A stretch of 62,898 nt of DNA, counting the filler, from Octopus bimaculoides (lineage: Eukaryota), in the NCBI RefSeq assembly GCF_001194135.2. It is 5 parts of 4 records of this genome, joined end to end, with 100 filler letters (N's around TTAATTAATTAA, not from the genome) between each part and the next. Parts side by side here need not be neighbours in the genome. Positions count along the whole stretch, not along the records: positions 1 to 20,237 come from NC_068989.1; 4 more parts are not named here. One strand, 5' to 3'. Positions 1 through 14,231 of the stretch are shown piece by piece; within the stretch, counting starts at the first letter, position 1; every line of letters begins with the position of its first letter. The notes under the pieces were generated by a model that was not told the origin of the DNA, did no database searches, and saw only the letters and a list, made by a program, of their open reading frames with translations. Made by a program: the position numbers and the translations under genes.

Positions 1-750
1 TATATATATATATGTATATATATATATATAATAAATGCTTTAATTTATCTCATTTATGAATGGATATGACTTTACCTCATGATGAGTGGGGCTAAAGTAT
101 CTGTACCATCTCAAGTGTTGATCTGTGTTCGACTCCTCTTAATGTTGCTGTCCTACTACGATGATATTAAACTCAAACGGACTCCACTATGCTAAATTTA
201 ATATTTTTTTTTTATGAATTTCCTGTTTATTTTCTGAACTTCAATCTTTGTAAATGTAACGATAATCACTAAAATTCTAAGAAACAAATGTTAAATGAAA
301 CTTTTCGAAATGTTTGATATTTACAAACCTCCAGACACACTGGCACATTCATTCCGTTTATATATTTTCTCAGTCTTTCATACTGATTCTTTATACTCCA
401 TCTATTTATTCACTAACCAAGATGTGCTATTAAACTTTCTTATGTTCCTTCTTTTTAAAAAAACATTTTAAAGATTTTTTGACGGTTTTTTCTCTTCAAT
501 ATCTTGATTCGATTAAAAGTTCTGTTCTTCTTCAAAGAAACTTATGGCTTGTTTAGCATTCAAATCATTGGCAAATATTTTGTTTTATCTCATCGTAACA
601 CCATTCCATAGGCCGTTAAATGCCAATATTTCGACTTAGGATTACTCAAAATAACCATAAATAACGTTATCTTGTTATTGAGAATATGTTTGCTTTTACT
701 TATGTTCCACAGAGAAATATTACTATAGTCAGAATTTCTTATTACTATTA

Positions 751-930
<180 letters not shown>

Positions 931-2204
931 CCCTTTCCCGACGAAACGTTTCCCGAGAAATTTCAACTGTTCTCCATCTCCTCACATAAACAGCCCTCTA
1001 GGGGAATGATCTTATCAGCAGTTAATATGTTTACACTGATCATCACAGCATTCTGATTCGGTTGCAATCTCAGTTGTAATACCATTACTTCAATTGATGG
1101 AAGATTCATTCAGCTGGAAAACCAGAGATATTCCGACAACAAAGCCTCTCTCTTCCTCCTTTTTTTTGCCTGACAGTCTGCATGTATGTCTGTATGGCTG
1201 TCGCTCTAATGTCTAATTATCTATTCCTTTCCTTTATTTCACCTCCCCCCGTTGTTGTTCTATGTCTCTGTTTATCTTCATAACTCTCTCTAACTATAAT
1301 TTTCTGCAAACATATTTATATTTCCAATCAAGCAACCAACTAACCAATTCATTATAATGCTTTCTCCATCAATATATCTCATTTATGTTAAAGCTGATCT
1401 ATCTGTTAACTCTATCAAATGTTCCTAGAGTCAAACTTTGACTTTGGTCCACATTCATTTTTCTTATGAATAACAATTCTCACCGAGACCAACTTTACCT
1501 CTTAACCTTTCGGACCAGTTAAAATGTTGGACCGGTTAACAATTGGGTTTGTTGTAATCGAGTGTTCCCTTCCCCTAAATTTGAGGTCGTGCGTCTACAT
1601 AACAAATCATTAATTAATCGATCGAAAAGAACTCGTGCCCATAGCTTTTCATCCCCGGATGAGGGAGACCCTAGTCTATTGTAGGTAATTTTTTTTCTGC
1701 TGAAAGAAAAACCTATCACAGATCAGTGAAATATTTTCACATCCTTATTGTTAATGCTCCTTATAGAAGTGGTTATAGAGAGATACTGCCCCTTTTAAAG
1801 GTTAATTATGCCACACAATGATATCTATTAGGCATTAGGTAGCCTCAGATGCTGAGAGTTATATGCCTGAGTTATGGACACGCTACTTTAGCTTGGTTCA
1901 ATTATCGATTGTCTTGTACCCAATTCACTTGCCTATTCACATTCTCTTGAGGATAACTAGCTGAATCAATGCAGCTAACGTTTATTTTAGCTTCTGTCGG
2001 TTGCTTTCTAAAGGTACAAGATAGGAGGAGCCTATGAGTAGGAAATACTGAACGACGAATTTACTTAATATACATTCTTAGGTGTGATACACTAGAACTA
2101 ACTAGAGAAAGGGAACATAAATAATATCTGCTGTGCTCTTGGTGAATTTTTACTACATTATAAAATTAAGCTAGATCACAAAAATGTTGTGTTGCAGTGA
2201 TAAA

Positions 2205-2247
<43 letters not shown>

Positions 2248-2931
2248 AGAGAAAAATTTACTGAATAATGCTGAATAATGTATTTACGTAGAATGCGTTC
2301 TAGGGTGAAATACATTAGGAGTGGCGAGGGAAATTGGGTATATATAACGTCTATGCTTTTGACGAATTATATACTACATTGTAACATTAACTATGAAGAT
2401 ATTGTTTTGCTGTAATAATAAAAGATATTGAGAGAGAATATACATTTACTGCAGTTAATGCTGTTGAGAATGCTGCCGTCCAATGAGATGGACGGCATCC
2501 CACCCACACAAATGTATGTGATAGATGCATCAAAAAATGTGCGAATAATACTGTGGTGTCGGAAGTATTTGGACTTCAGATTCTTGTCTGGCTCGGGAAT
2601 CTTTTTAGATCCAGGAAAGACATCTCGGTTAAGTGAAACACAGATCGTTGCGAAAATTCATAAAAGGTTGGACGTTCACTCCAATGTTAGAATATTTAAT
2701 AAATAAAAATAATGTGTCCTTTAGTTAACCATGCTATCAGTAGGCCTCCTCAACATTACTATGTTCTCACAAATATTATTTTCTTCAGTAATTCGTCCCA
2801 CCTCGTTCCAGGTTCGATTTTGCACTTTTGAAAAATATTTTCCATTAGAACCTTTGGTTCATAGTCCGTCTCCATCTAGTGATTGGTAGATGGAATCTGT
2901 ACGGAATTTCTCTGTTTTCATCATATATTTA

Positions 2932-4206
2932 CGAGGTGGTATCAAAGAGTTCCTGGACTAGTTATGCTTAATAAAAAATAACTTATTTACCCAAGTTTTA
3001 ACATCAACTCCTTTGAAATAGTCACCTTGCGCAGCAATACACCGGTCCCAGCATTCCTGCCACTAGAAGTCGTTTTCCGTAATCGATTCTAAGACCTTCT
3101 GCGATTCACTCTTGATCTCGATAACGGTGTTAAAACGGCGACTTTTGAGCAGCATTTTCATCTTGGGGAAGAAATGAAAGTCCGCTGGTGCTAAATTTGG
3201 CGATTGTTTTTGGCGAGAAACTCACAAGTGAAGAGATCTTGGTGACAGGGTGCATTGTCGTCGGGAAGAATCCAATTCTTCGCGCTCCACAGATCCGGTC
3301 GCTTCCGCGAAATGTCCTCCCTCAAACACTTCAAAACGTCGCAGTAGAACTTTCGATTGACGGTCTGGCCCTGGGGGACGGACTCACGATGCACAATATC
3401 GCGGAAAAAAACGATGAGCATGTTCTTGATTGAGCTGAAGCTCAATCGTGGAGCTCGGTCGAGGAAATGAAAGCCTCTTCCATTGTGACGACTGCTGCTT
3501 CGTCTCAGGGTCGTAGCCGTAGACCCAACTCTCGTCACGGGTGATAATTCTCGACATGAGGTATGGGAAATTAGCAGCATGCTGACTGAGACCTTGACAG
3601 ACTTCAACGCGATGTTCTTTCTGCTCAGTGGACAGCAGGCGGGGGAAACAATTGGCAGAGACACACCGCATGTTCAATTCAGATGTTAGGATTGCTTGCA
3701 CGGACCTATACGACAGACCAACAACATCAGCAATGTCGTTGAGTGTCCTCTGATGATCCTTATACACAAACTGATGAGTCTTTTTCTTATTTGCGGGAGG
3801 GGGGGGGTGACGCTCGTGACAGGTCTTTCAGATCGTCCATCGTCTTCCAGGGACATCCTTCCGCTTTTGAAGCGCCCATGCCACTCAAAACATTGCACAC
3901 AACCCGTTGCTCCGTCGCCGTAAGCTTGCTGAAGCATGCTTAATGTCTCTGTAGTACATTTCCCAATTTTAACGCAAAATTTCACGTTGGATCTTTGTTC
4001 CAACTTCCTGTCCATGAAAAATCGCCGACGACAGCATACACGTGATCACAAAAACACAAATTCCACAACTTGCAAAGTGAACAGCAATATCACTCAGCAC
4101 ACTGTTTTATGAAGGTCACTGCTAGCTCTCACTATGCACTCGACCATGTGCTGCCATCTGTTGGTGCGCTACAGAACTAATTCGGGAGGTTTTTGCTACC
4201 GCCTCT
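2932..4206 (-). mobile_element. Near full-length mariner (D34D, irritans-like) with a decayed transposase gene (about 4015 to 2958)
   Basis: Imperfect 32-bp TIRs (23/32 identical): CGAGGTGGTATCAAAGAGTTCC.. at 2932 versus the reverse complement AGAGGCGGTAGCAAAAACCTCC.. at 4206. TA flanks both ends; length 1275 bp. Frameshifted peptides: MDRKLEQRSNVKFCVKIGK.., IITRDESWVYGYDPETK, DDNAPCH, SPNLAPADF. The subfamily call is from recalled motif similarity. Confidence 0.93.
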
Positions 4207-4244
4207 TATGTATATATTACGTACATGCATACATTATATGTACG

Positions 4245-4246
<2 letters not shown>

Positions 4247-4327
<81 letters not shown>

Positions 4328-4395
4328 AAAGTGGGCCAAAAGTCAGTCACACACCAAAACATTTTGCATTTTATTTACATTACATTATTATTATC

Positions 4396-4448
<53 letters not shown>

Positions 4449-4540
4449 GTTGTTGTTGTTGTTGTTGTTGTTGTTATTATTATTATTATTATTATTATTA
4501 ATATTATTATTATTATTATCATTATTATTATTATTATTCA
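4247..4540. repeat. Compound microsatellite: (CA)n, then (ATT)n/(GTT)n
   Basis: Seen directly. Confidence 0.95.
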
Positions 4541-5329
4541 TTTTGTTCATCATGTACATATATGTGTGTATTCAGCATTATTTTAGTTATTTCATTCAAG
4601 TTTAGAAAAATTGAAGCTTGTCTTTGATAATGTCGGAGCGTGTTGAATTTATTTGGTGCTTGACTTTCGGCTCAACCTTTCGAAACATATGTAGGAATTA
4701 AAGGAACTTTTATTGAAATGCGTTTTGCTCCATTTATTATTATCCATATCTTCTCAAAATGTATCACTTTAACTTGGTATATCTACCTGTAAAACGACTG
4801 TGATATCTTGTTTTCAGTGTAATTTTGCTACCTCTGGTAACTATTAACGTATTTAAATTATCGAAAGTTTTAATAACTGAGATAATATTAATATATACAT
4901 AAACTAATATGTGTACATACATAAATATAAGCATGTAAATAGATTTATGTGTGTGTGTGTATGTACTCACACGTGTGTGCATGTGTATCCCAGCGAAGTA
5001 TGTTAACCACGCTGTGAAAACCCAAATCCCAGTTCTCTTCCAACTAAGTGCCTTGGCATACTTGTTCTACAGGGAGATAATAAACATTTCATGGTTACTT
5101 TTTTGAATCATAAATTAAGTGAATCTGTAACTGGCGCTCGCTGGAAACCACCGACCCTATAGTTTACTACTACCTATATAAAGTAGATAATATTCCCTCT
5201 CACTGCCCATACACATATCTGATTTGATGTCGATCGATTATCAGTGATAAGTAATTTACCCGTTTCCCGGCAAGCCGATAATGTATTAACTGTGTTTTAG
5301 GTAATTTTCTTGCTATGTGACAAGATAAT

Positions 5330-5368
<39 letters not shown>

Positions 5369-5430
5369 CTTTTTGTTTCTTTCTTCTTTCTTTCTTTCTT
5401 TTTTCATTTTGCTTTATATATATATATATA

Positions 5431-6600
5431 TAGGGTGCGAAGGGTATTTGAGGACATTACATTTTTAGTTCAGTACACCTTCAAATTATTTAATGTATCA
5501 TTTTTTCAGACAAATCTTTCAAGATATCCTAACTAAAAAAGTGAAAAGACGTGCAACTGTAATTGCTATACATGCAAACCACATTTAGAAATTCGTAACT
5601 TTCTAAATGCTGTAAGATCATTTTTACACAAAGTTCGGTTGGAATTGGAGGCATGTGATGGTAATATTTCACCTGTATCGAAGAGAAAAAAACATCACAA
5701 CGCTCAGACACTAAAAGAACACCGGAATTTATACATGTTCTAAACATTATCGATGAAAACCCCAGAAGATTAATGAGGTCCATTGCTAAAACACTTCGGG
5801 TATCATAGTGGACTATCAGAACTGTGGTACATCGTGACATTCGATACAAGTCCAATGTAATGAGGAAAGGCCAATTCGTGCCTGCAAAAACACAGGAAAA
5901 CCGTCTTATCCGTTCAAAACCGTTACTTTAGAAAGTGAAAAACCGTCATGAACAAGGCATGTTTTGGTTTTTCTCTGACATAAACAAGTTTGACCCGGAT
6001 CAAAAGTCTAACAGAAGAAATGACAGGTGGTTATGTGCAGATCCATCTGAAGTACCCAGAGTGATGCACACGTAGCTTCCAGTAACTGCGATGGTTTTAA
6101 GAGTGGTGAGTAGTGAAAGTCATGTGATGTCTCCCCACTTTTTTTCCATAGGGTCTCAGAATTAATGCTGCTGGAAACATTGAGGCACTGGAAACTGTTA
6201 TCAAGCCCTGGATTGATGAAGGATACAATGAAAGGCCATACGTGTTTCAAAGCTCTTGTCATCTAAGAATGGTTGTCAGACAATCTTTAAGATTATGTAA
6301 CACCCAATTTGTGGCTTCCAAACTCGCCAGATTTGAACCCCATAGACTACCAAGTGTGAAGTGCTGTTGAAAGGGAAACTAGTCACCATCTTCATAATAC
6401 CATAGCTTCACTGAAGGCAGCCATTGTCTAGGTGATGTTCGAAAGGAATAAGGACTATATAGTATCAGCATGCTAGCGGTTTCGGTCCCGCATTGAAGCA
6501 GTTATCGAAACTGAAGGCTGTTTCAAAGAATAATTTGCTTTAAAAATCATTATCAAGACTAATTCCACAAATGTTTACTTAAATACATATTTATTTATGC
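5431..6600 (+). mobile_element. maT/DD37D-like Tc1/mariner relic; transposase pseudogene about 5541-6533; right TIR not found
   Basis: Translates, with stops and frameshifts, to KRRATVIAIHA.., FSD(I)NKFD, RRNDRWLCADPSEVPRVMH, WLPNSPDLNPIDY, RFRSRIEAVIETEG. The left end (T)AGGGTGCG follows a TA run. Confidence 0.85.
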
Positions 6601-6664
6601 TGAAATATAGTTATCAAAGATAACTCTGATTAAAGTAGAGCCAAGCAGGACTACATTACGCGCG

Positions 6665-6803
<139 letters not shown>

Positions 6804-6807
6804 TAAT

Positions 6808-6875
6808 TTCCCTTCAAGCTAGTGCCCCGGTATGGGCGCAGTCTGATGATTGAAACAAGTAAGGTAAAAAGCAAA
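6808..6875 (+). mobile_element. SINE family B, 3' tail fragment
   Basis: CCCTTCAAG..GTGCCCCGGTATGGGCGCAGTCTGATGATTGAAACAAGTAA matches the tails at about 14420, 37610, 49630 and 62750. Confidence 0.7.
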
Positions 6876-7159
6876 GAAAAGGGGGACATTTCTCGAATTA
6901 TTTACATAACAAAATTCTTGAGGACTTGGGATTACACTGTATAACAGAATTATATATTTTTTCTCTTTGGTCAGTAAGTGTTATTTCCTATTTGCTTCTA
7001 TCTAGAAATCAAAGGAAATGACGACTATTCTCTTCAAACTTTGCTTTTGTGACCTGTGCATCAATGTTTCGAGACTGACCTATTTTCCATTACATTTCAT
7101 ACAAATTCAGCGCAGAGTTGCTGAAGGCAGAAATATCGTTATAGCAAATATTCTGCTCA

Positions 7160-7342
7160 ATCCTTTCCACTAAAGGCACAAGGCCTGAAATTCAGTGGGA
7201 GGGGACTAGTCGATTACATCGACCCCGAAAGAATGAAAAGCAAAGTCGACCTCGGCGAAATTTGAACTCAGAAAATACCGACGGGCCAAATACCGCTGAG
7301 CGTTTCATCCGGCGCGCTAACGATTCTGCCAGCTCGCCGTCC
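7160..7342 (-). mobile_element. SINE family A (tRNA-derived head GGCGAGCTGGCAGAATCGTTAG; core GAGTTCAAAT..GTCGACTTTGC..TTTCGGGGTCGAT)
   Basis: Homologous to copies at 15936, 22975, 31170, 31395 and 34830. Confidence 0.88.
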
Positions 7343-8118
7343 TAAATATTCTGTTCAATACCACAGATTTGCTTGTCAGTTGCCTGACCATAACCACTTG
7401 AGCGTGTCCCCTAGTGGCTGACATTATGTGCATTTCTGATCGCCAGCACGAGTAGTGGGGCATCATAGCCACGAGAGTGATTTTTTGGGGGTTTGAATAA
7501 ATATAAGAAAAGCAGAGTTTGAAGGAAATATCAGCCATTTTTCATACTCTCTGGGGTTAAACAGATAGGAAATAACAGTTGCTACCCAAGGACGAAATTC
7601 TGCTACGCAGTGTTATTGTTTGAAAGATTGCAAAATACTTTCTGTCTGCAAACAGTATAAGCACAATCCATAGAAAATTTGACAGAAGTCACTAGGAGAA
7701 CACTTGTGCTGTGACCCGGAGTATATCAGTATAGAAGTACATATATTATTTCTTCTATTTTATCTTGCAATAGGCGATAAAAATTTTTTTTTTAATGGTT
7801 AAGGTTTTCCAACAGATTAATTATGTCTACCTACTGGAAATAACGGTCAAAGCTCTTATTTAAATCGCCGAAAAGGACACTGATAATAACTACACAAATC
7901 AACCGTCTTTCAACATACATTCAAGTATTCGGACTCGCGTGGACAGGTTTCTGGATTGGCGTTATAGCCTCACTTTCCTCAGCACGTGTTACCAATTTAA
8001 ATAAGAGTTATGACTGTTATTTCCAGCAAGAATTCATACTTAGTATATCCTTTGATTAATTTTAATTCTTCAGCTATATATATGTATATATATAGTTTTA
8101 AATATCTGAGCGAGAAAT

Positions 8119-8307
8119 ATGTAGCAGCAGCACTGTACGGTAAAGTATATTTACTAACACAACGTAGCAGTATACGGACACAGATCATGTGTCGGTAGCC
8201 AGCTGGAAAAGATGATTTCCAGAGGCTAAAAAGTAGTAACATCGTTCTGCGTAGTACTGTACGTTGTGTTGGCAAATAGACTTTACTGTACGGTACTGTT
8301 ACTATAT
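8119..8307. repeat. Diverged inverted repeat of about 48 bp (8119-8166 / 8260-8307) enclosing a core that is directly repeated at 8533-8637
   Basis: GCAGCACTGTACGGTAAAGTATATTTACTAACACAACGTA versus the reverse complement ACAGTACCGTACAGTAAAGTCTATTTGCCAACACAACGTA; most differences are transitions. Confidence 0.8.
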
Positions 8308-8848
8308 GTTTCGCTCAAAGATTTAAAACTAGTTGCTTTTCTCTTTAAGAGATCAGTGAATGTGTGCCACTTCAAAAGTATATACTGTGAGCAAGAGCGA
8401 GTGACTGCTATCGCTAGCTGGCGCTTGTTCTGTACCGATGAAAGGAAATTATCCAGAAACCATTTGTTTACAGGTATCGCTACGGCTAGAAAGGTAGCAG
8501 TAGACTCCCTTGCTCACAGTATATAGACATAAATCATGTGTCGGTAGCCAGCTAGAAAAGATATTTTCCTGGGGTTAAAAAGTAGTAACATCGCCCTGCA
8601 TAGGAGTACCACGTTGCGTTGGCAAATAGACTTTACTATATATTTATAATGTTGTTGATCAATAAAATTTATATAAAACAAGAAATTTACTAACCATGTG
8701 GTTTTCTTTATATAACTAGCAGGGGGGAAATTTATTAATCATGTTAGAGTTGTCTGGGACTTCAGATTTATTTCGTTGAGTCTTATTCAACCACTAATTG
8801 AATACACTGCTTGGAGAATCTTGAAGTCTCCAATCAATCCCAACATCA

Positions 8849-8909
<61 letters not shown>

Positions 8910-10224
8910 ACACACGTACGCACACGCACACACATCCCTATCCACACACTCACACGCACAAATATATATAAAAGCGGATGTTACATATAGTTATAGGATG
9001 GAAATAAATTTTACATCTGTTTTAAATATTCAGTGAATGGCTGATATTATAGTGAATATTATGAATGATATTACTCAAAAGTATATAAGCAAGCGTTTTA
9101 TCAACACACATGAACTTTGATATATGAATACCTTCATGTCATAATTCATCCTTCGAAGAAAATATTCTGTGTCAACTGCATTAAAGTACTCATGGATCAA
9201 AATTCCCACCTGTTGAAGTATGTTTGTTTATTTGCTTCTGAGAAATATTGACACATAAGGTACACCTTTTTGCATAATATGTATTATAATATCAACTATT
9301 CGGTGCATATTTGGAACAACTGTAACGGCTTATTTACAGTCCGTAAAAATATATGTAACATCTCGTATAAATGAATTCCTTATTCCTATAATTGTTTATC
9401 CATCTTTTTCTCGTTTATATCCGCACGAAGATTTATTCTAATCAACTCATCTGCTTGTGGAGTGCTTTACTCTGATTAAGAAGTTGAAATTTAAGAATCG
9501 ATCCGTCCGAATACTAAGTTAGTGCTTATGCATTCTCTACTTGCACTAGCATCTTCTCGTGGCAAGATCAACAAAAAGTATTTCATTCAAGGAAGAGCAT
9601 AAAACTACAAGTTTCATACTCTGCCAGTATCATAATCGGAGGAGCGGCAGTGTGTGCTATGGAGGGATGTTGGATTGTACACGCTCGCCCGATTACGCTA
9701 CTATCCAAGCGTGAAAGTTAAGATAGCTCACGTTTATATCCTGTTTCATTAAATTATATATATATATACATCCTCGTGGTTAGCGTACGAGCACTCGGTT
9801 AGAATCCGGGNNNNNNNNNNNNNNNNNNNNNNNNNNNNNNNNNNNNNNNNNNNNNNNNNNNNNNNNNNNNNNNNNNNNNNNNNNNNNNNNNNNNNNNNNN
9901 NNNNNNNNNNNNNNNNNNNNNNNNNNNNNNNNNNNNNNNNNNNNNNNNNNNNNNNNNNNNNNNNNNNNNNNNNNNNNNNNNNNNNNNNNNNNNNNNNNNN
10001 NNNNNNNNNNNNNNNNNNNNNNNNNNNNNNNNNNNNNNNNNNNNNNNNNNNNNNNNNNNNNNNNNNNNNNNNNNNNNNNNNNNNNNNNNNNNNNNNNNNN
10101 NNNNNNNNNNNNNNNNNNNNNNNNNNNNNNNNNNNNNNNNNNNNNNNNNNNNNNNNNNNNNNNNNNNNNNNNNNNNNNNNNNNNNNNNNNNNNNNNNNNN
10201 NNNNNNNNNNNNNNNNNNNNNNNN

Positions 10225-10294
<70 letters not shown>

Positions 10295-10495
10295 ATGATA
10301 TATTAAATACGTTATATATATATATACATCCTCGTGGTTAGCGTACGAGCACTCGGTTAGAATCCGGGTTCAGACTAACCGCATCGAGTTGTAAGGAGCG
10401 CCTAGGATTGCTTATGGTGAGTAATCCCAGTGTAATTCATCCGATGGTTAAATACTGGGTTTGCTTCGCTGGGTTATGATTATTTGATATATATA

Positions 10496-11800
10496 CTAGC
10501 AGAAACACTTATCATTGACTGGGTTGAAAAAAGCCGCCAAAATTGTACTATGGATATTGAAAGTTATTCACTTAGATTGTATTGAACATATATAAGAAAT
10601 GGTTATTAACTTTCATGTAGACGATAGAGCTGTTTTCTATTGGCCAGTATTATCATGGGTACATATAAACTTCTGATCTATGATCTATAGTATTTCAGTC
10701 CTAAATGAAGCAAACATCGCTCTGACTGTGGCTTATGTCTAGTACAAGATAAGTAAATAAAAGCCCAGGGAAAACTAAAAGCATATGTACTATAATTTAT
10801 TGAACTAAGTATAACAACAAACGAAAATACAAATAACTTTTCTTAGACGAATACAGTGTGACGTTGACAATATCACTTCAAAGTTATCAATCATTCTGAG
10901 AATCTTAGTTTGTTAGTCCCATGGTAAAAACTTCCTTATAGACAATGTTTCGGGTTTTACCAGTAGGGGCAAAAAAAGATTGTTCTTGCTCCTCACTCCG
11001 GATGTCCCAATATATAGCTGACAGTGTGAGAAACAGTCCTCTTCTAATTGTAAATCAGCAACTTTCAAAGTCTAAACTTAGGACTTATTAATGGACATCG
11101 CAAAAGACAGATGTATTGGAAATTAAAGTCATTTGATCTCGAAGGGCATATTTGGAAGGTATTAAAGGTAAGCGAGGAATAAAGACATTTTCACCTTTTT
11201 GTACAGCCAGAAACTATTATGGCCTGTATGACATTTCTCATTAATTTCTTGACAACAAGTCTTGTGCCATAGCACAACTTTGGTTGAGAAAGTGTGCGGA
11301 GAAGCATAATTGGAGTGCCTATTTTCAATGGAAGGCAGTGACGAGGATCTCCGGGTGGCTGCAGCTTGTTTAAGAACTCAATCGGGTAATTGAATATTTC
11401 CGATTCATCCACACAGAGTCTATAGATTTGTAAGTATGCTCGTTTCCTGGTAAAAGTTTCTCGAGTCTTTCATTTAAATTATTCAAAGTAACGTTCTTTG
11501 GTGCCATGGTTGCGCTTTCGCACAAACAAGCAGCATTTGTGTAATTTGAAATTATACTTGAAAAAGCATTTTCAATAAGTTTCTCAACCGACTGACCAAG
11601 GTGCAGATTTTTGATGGATTCAAGTCACCTTCATGATTGATATCTAGCCTTCCTTCTCTAAGTTGCAAAATAGTATGGGAAAATTGTTTCGACAGATGAT
11701 CCCCATGCAAATTCCACACAGCCTTCGCTTTGTTGTCTGATTTTATTTAACGCAGACAGACACACACACACACACGCGCACGTTTGTTTATCCGTGTAGA
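10496..11800 (-). mobile_element. Helitron remnant with PIF1-like helicase C-terminus (pseudogene about 11730-10900) and 3' CTAG terminus
   Basis: Peptides [13 protein letters not shown].., [61 protein letters not shown] then T at 10496 with a decayed hairpin resembling the one at 53141. The 5' boundary is uncertain. Confidence 0.9.
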
Positions 11801-12769
11801 GTTTGTGCCTTCATTTGATCAAATACTTAGACTTCCAGTTTTTGCGGAGAGGAAATAGCTTGTTAATTGTGTATGTTTTCTCTGCAGAGATTAGCATACT
11901 GAACGAAAGTAACAAACTCTCAGCGAGGTTTGAAACTACATTTCGTTATTTATCGATCGAAAGCTTAACTCTTGTTTTACAACGCTCCTATAGTTTTATC
12001 TAAATTACTCTGAAAATTCAACATAAGAATTCTGAGATTGATATTTCGGTCACATTTTACAGGAAATCTTCGGATTACCCAAAATAATCAGTTAGCTAAT
12101 ATGGAGAAGATGGAACGCTGTTATAGCATAGAACAATATATTGGCTCTAACAGAAAAAGAATAAATGCATCACACACACACATACACACACTCATATACA
12201 GACACAGACACACACATACACGCACATATACACACTCATGCACGCACATACATAGCCCGGCTTGTGACTAAAATCTGCATCGATCAAAGAAAAACACAAC
12301 AGAAAACATCTTGGCAAATGGAAAGATAAAATTCTGCCTTTGAAGATCGATGAATTAAAGTAGAGCCAATACTTTGATGAGTGAAGCAAAAGTGAATATG
12401 TACTTAGGATCTTTACATAAAAAGTTTGCTCCGATAAGGCTGCAAATAATGTGGTCATTATGTGCTACTAGATATCATATAACGTTAGTTCCTAAGAGAA
12501 AATATAATGCAAAAACCAAAAACAAAACATTATATCGCTTGAGATTAGCCAAACATACTCACACACACAAACAGAGAGAGAGAGACACACACACATACAC
12601 ACATACAGAGACACACACACACACATACACACATACACAGACACACACACACACACACACACACACATGCGAAAAACAATATATATATAAATGAAATAAT
12701 GAAAGATAAGATGGTATACGTTCAGGGGAGAAAGTTAATGTAGACTTCTTTTCATCGTGGATGTGTGAT

Positions 12770-13887
12770 TATGAGGCTGGCTTCCCAAACACAAAGTTCA
12801 AGGTTCAGTTCCACGTTGTGGTAATTTGCGCGAGTGTGTTATACCAAAGCCCTGGGGCCCGATTAAATTCTTATGAGTTGAATTGGTAGACGGAAACTGA
12901 AAGAAACCAGTCGTTTATATAGATACATACATACATACATGTATGTATGAATGTATGTATATATGTATGTATGTATGTATGCCTGTATGTATGTATGTAT
13001 ACATATACAGGATGCGATGGGTAAACTGGCGCCATTTAATATTTTTTNNNNNNNNNNTACAGGATGCGATGGGTAAACTGGCGCCATTTAATATTTTTTA
13101 TTTCGGGCATGCGCATTGTTTGTTTTTGACTTTGTCAACTACACAGTATAGTAGGGTCAGTTGGGCATCGTCTGTGAGAACAACAGCACCATGACGCAAT
13201 TGACTCTGCCAGAAATTTGGAAACGACATGCTGTACTGCTTGGCGTTCGCGTCGAAAGTTCCAATACAAAGTGTTTTTTGGGTGCCAATCTGAAGACATG
13301 TACCGAGAGTGATAAAAATCAAACATCCAGCCAACATCATGGTGTTTGGAGTGATCACTAGTGATGGCGACGTTATGCCTCCGTTCATCCCCCCACACGG
13401 CCACAGACTCAACACGTAGGCCTACATGAAGTGCCTGGAGGAGGTAGTCCTGCCCTGGGGCAAACGGTGGTTGCTGGAAGACTCTGGACCATGTCACATA
13501 AGCAGGAGAAACCAGTCATGGCTGTCAGACAATTCCTGCGACCATATCATCCCTAACATCTGTTCTCAGGCTACAACCCCCTTGATTATTATGTGTGGGT
13601 CGCAGTTGAGCGAAAAAGCAACAAATCTCTTTGTAAAACCAAAGATGAACTGAAGGATTATAGCAGCATTCACCGAGTTAAACAAGGAGACCGTCCAGAA
13701 GAGTTGCAGGAGATTGCGAAGTCGTCTCGAGGCCGTGATTGAAGTCAATGGTGATTTTATTAAATAAATTCACTCTTTAGTATTTCAAGATATTTTCATG
13801 TAATTTTAGTAAATATATCTGTTAAAATGTTATGTCAGTGTTATTTTCATTTTTGCGTAATTTAGACGACAGTTTATTCACCGCATC

Positions 13888-13923
<36 letters not shown>

Positions 13924-14181
13924 NNNNNNNNNNNNNNNNNNNNNNNNNNNNNNNNNNNNNNNNNNNNNNNNNNNNNNNNNNNNNNNNNNNNNNNNNNNNN
14001 NNNNNNNNNNNNNNNNNNNNNNNNNNNNNNNNNNNNNNNNNNNNNNNNNNNNNNNNNNNNNNNNNNNNNNNNNNNNNNNNNNNNNNNNNNNNNNNNNNNN
14101 NNNNNNNNNNNNNNNNNNNNNNNNNNNNNNNNNNNNNNNNNNNNNNNNNNNNNNNNNNNNNNNNNNNNNNNNNNNNNNNNN

Positions 14182-14231
<50 letters not shown>

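Noticed and set aside
2474-2497. Perfect 9-bp hairpin TGCCGTCCA/TGGACGGCA; similar isolated hairpins at 17682-17716 and 20841-20881
   Set aside because: Single short stems with no second copy or context; not distinguishable from chance.
6842-6857. CTGATGA-TT-GAAAC, resembling a hammerhead core
   Set aside because: It is a point variant of the SINE B tail (GTCAAATGACTGAAAC) with no helix II.
9769-10368. 42-bp sequence repeated on both sides of a gap (9769-9810 / 10327-10368)
   Set aside because: The copies are identical and the first ends exactly at the gap. Probably an assembly duplication, though a real tandem cannot be excluded.
13006-13099. Apparent doubled left TIR of the maT element
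   Set aside because: An identical 42-bp duplication across a 10-N gap; assembly artefact.
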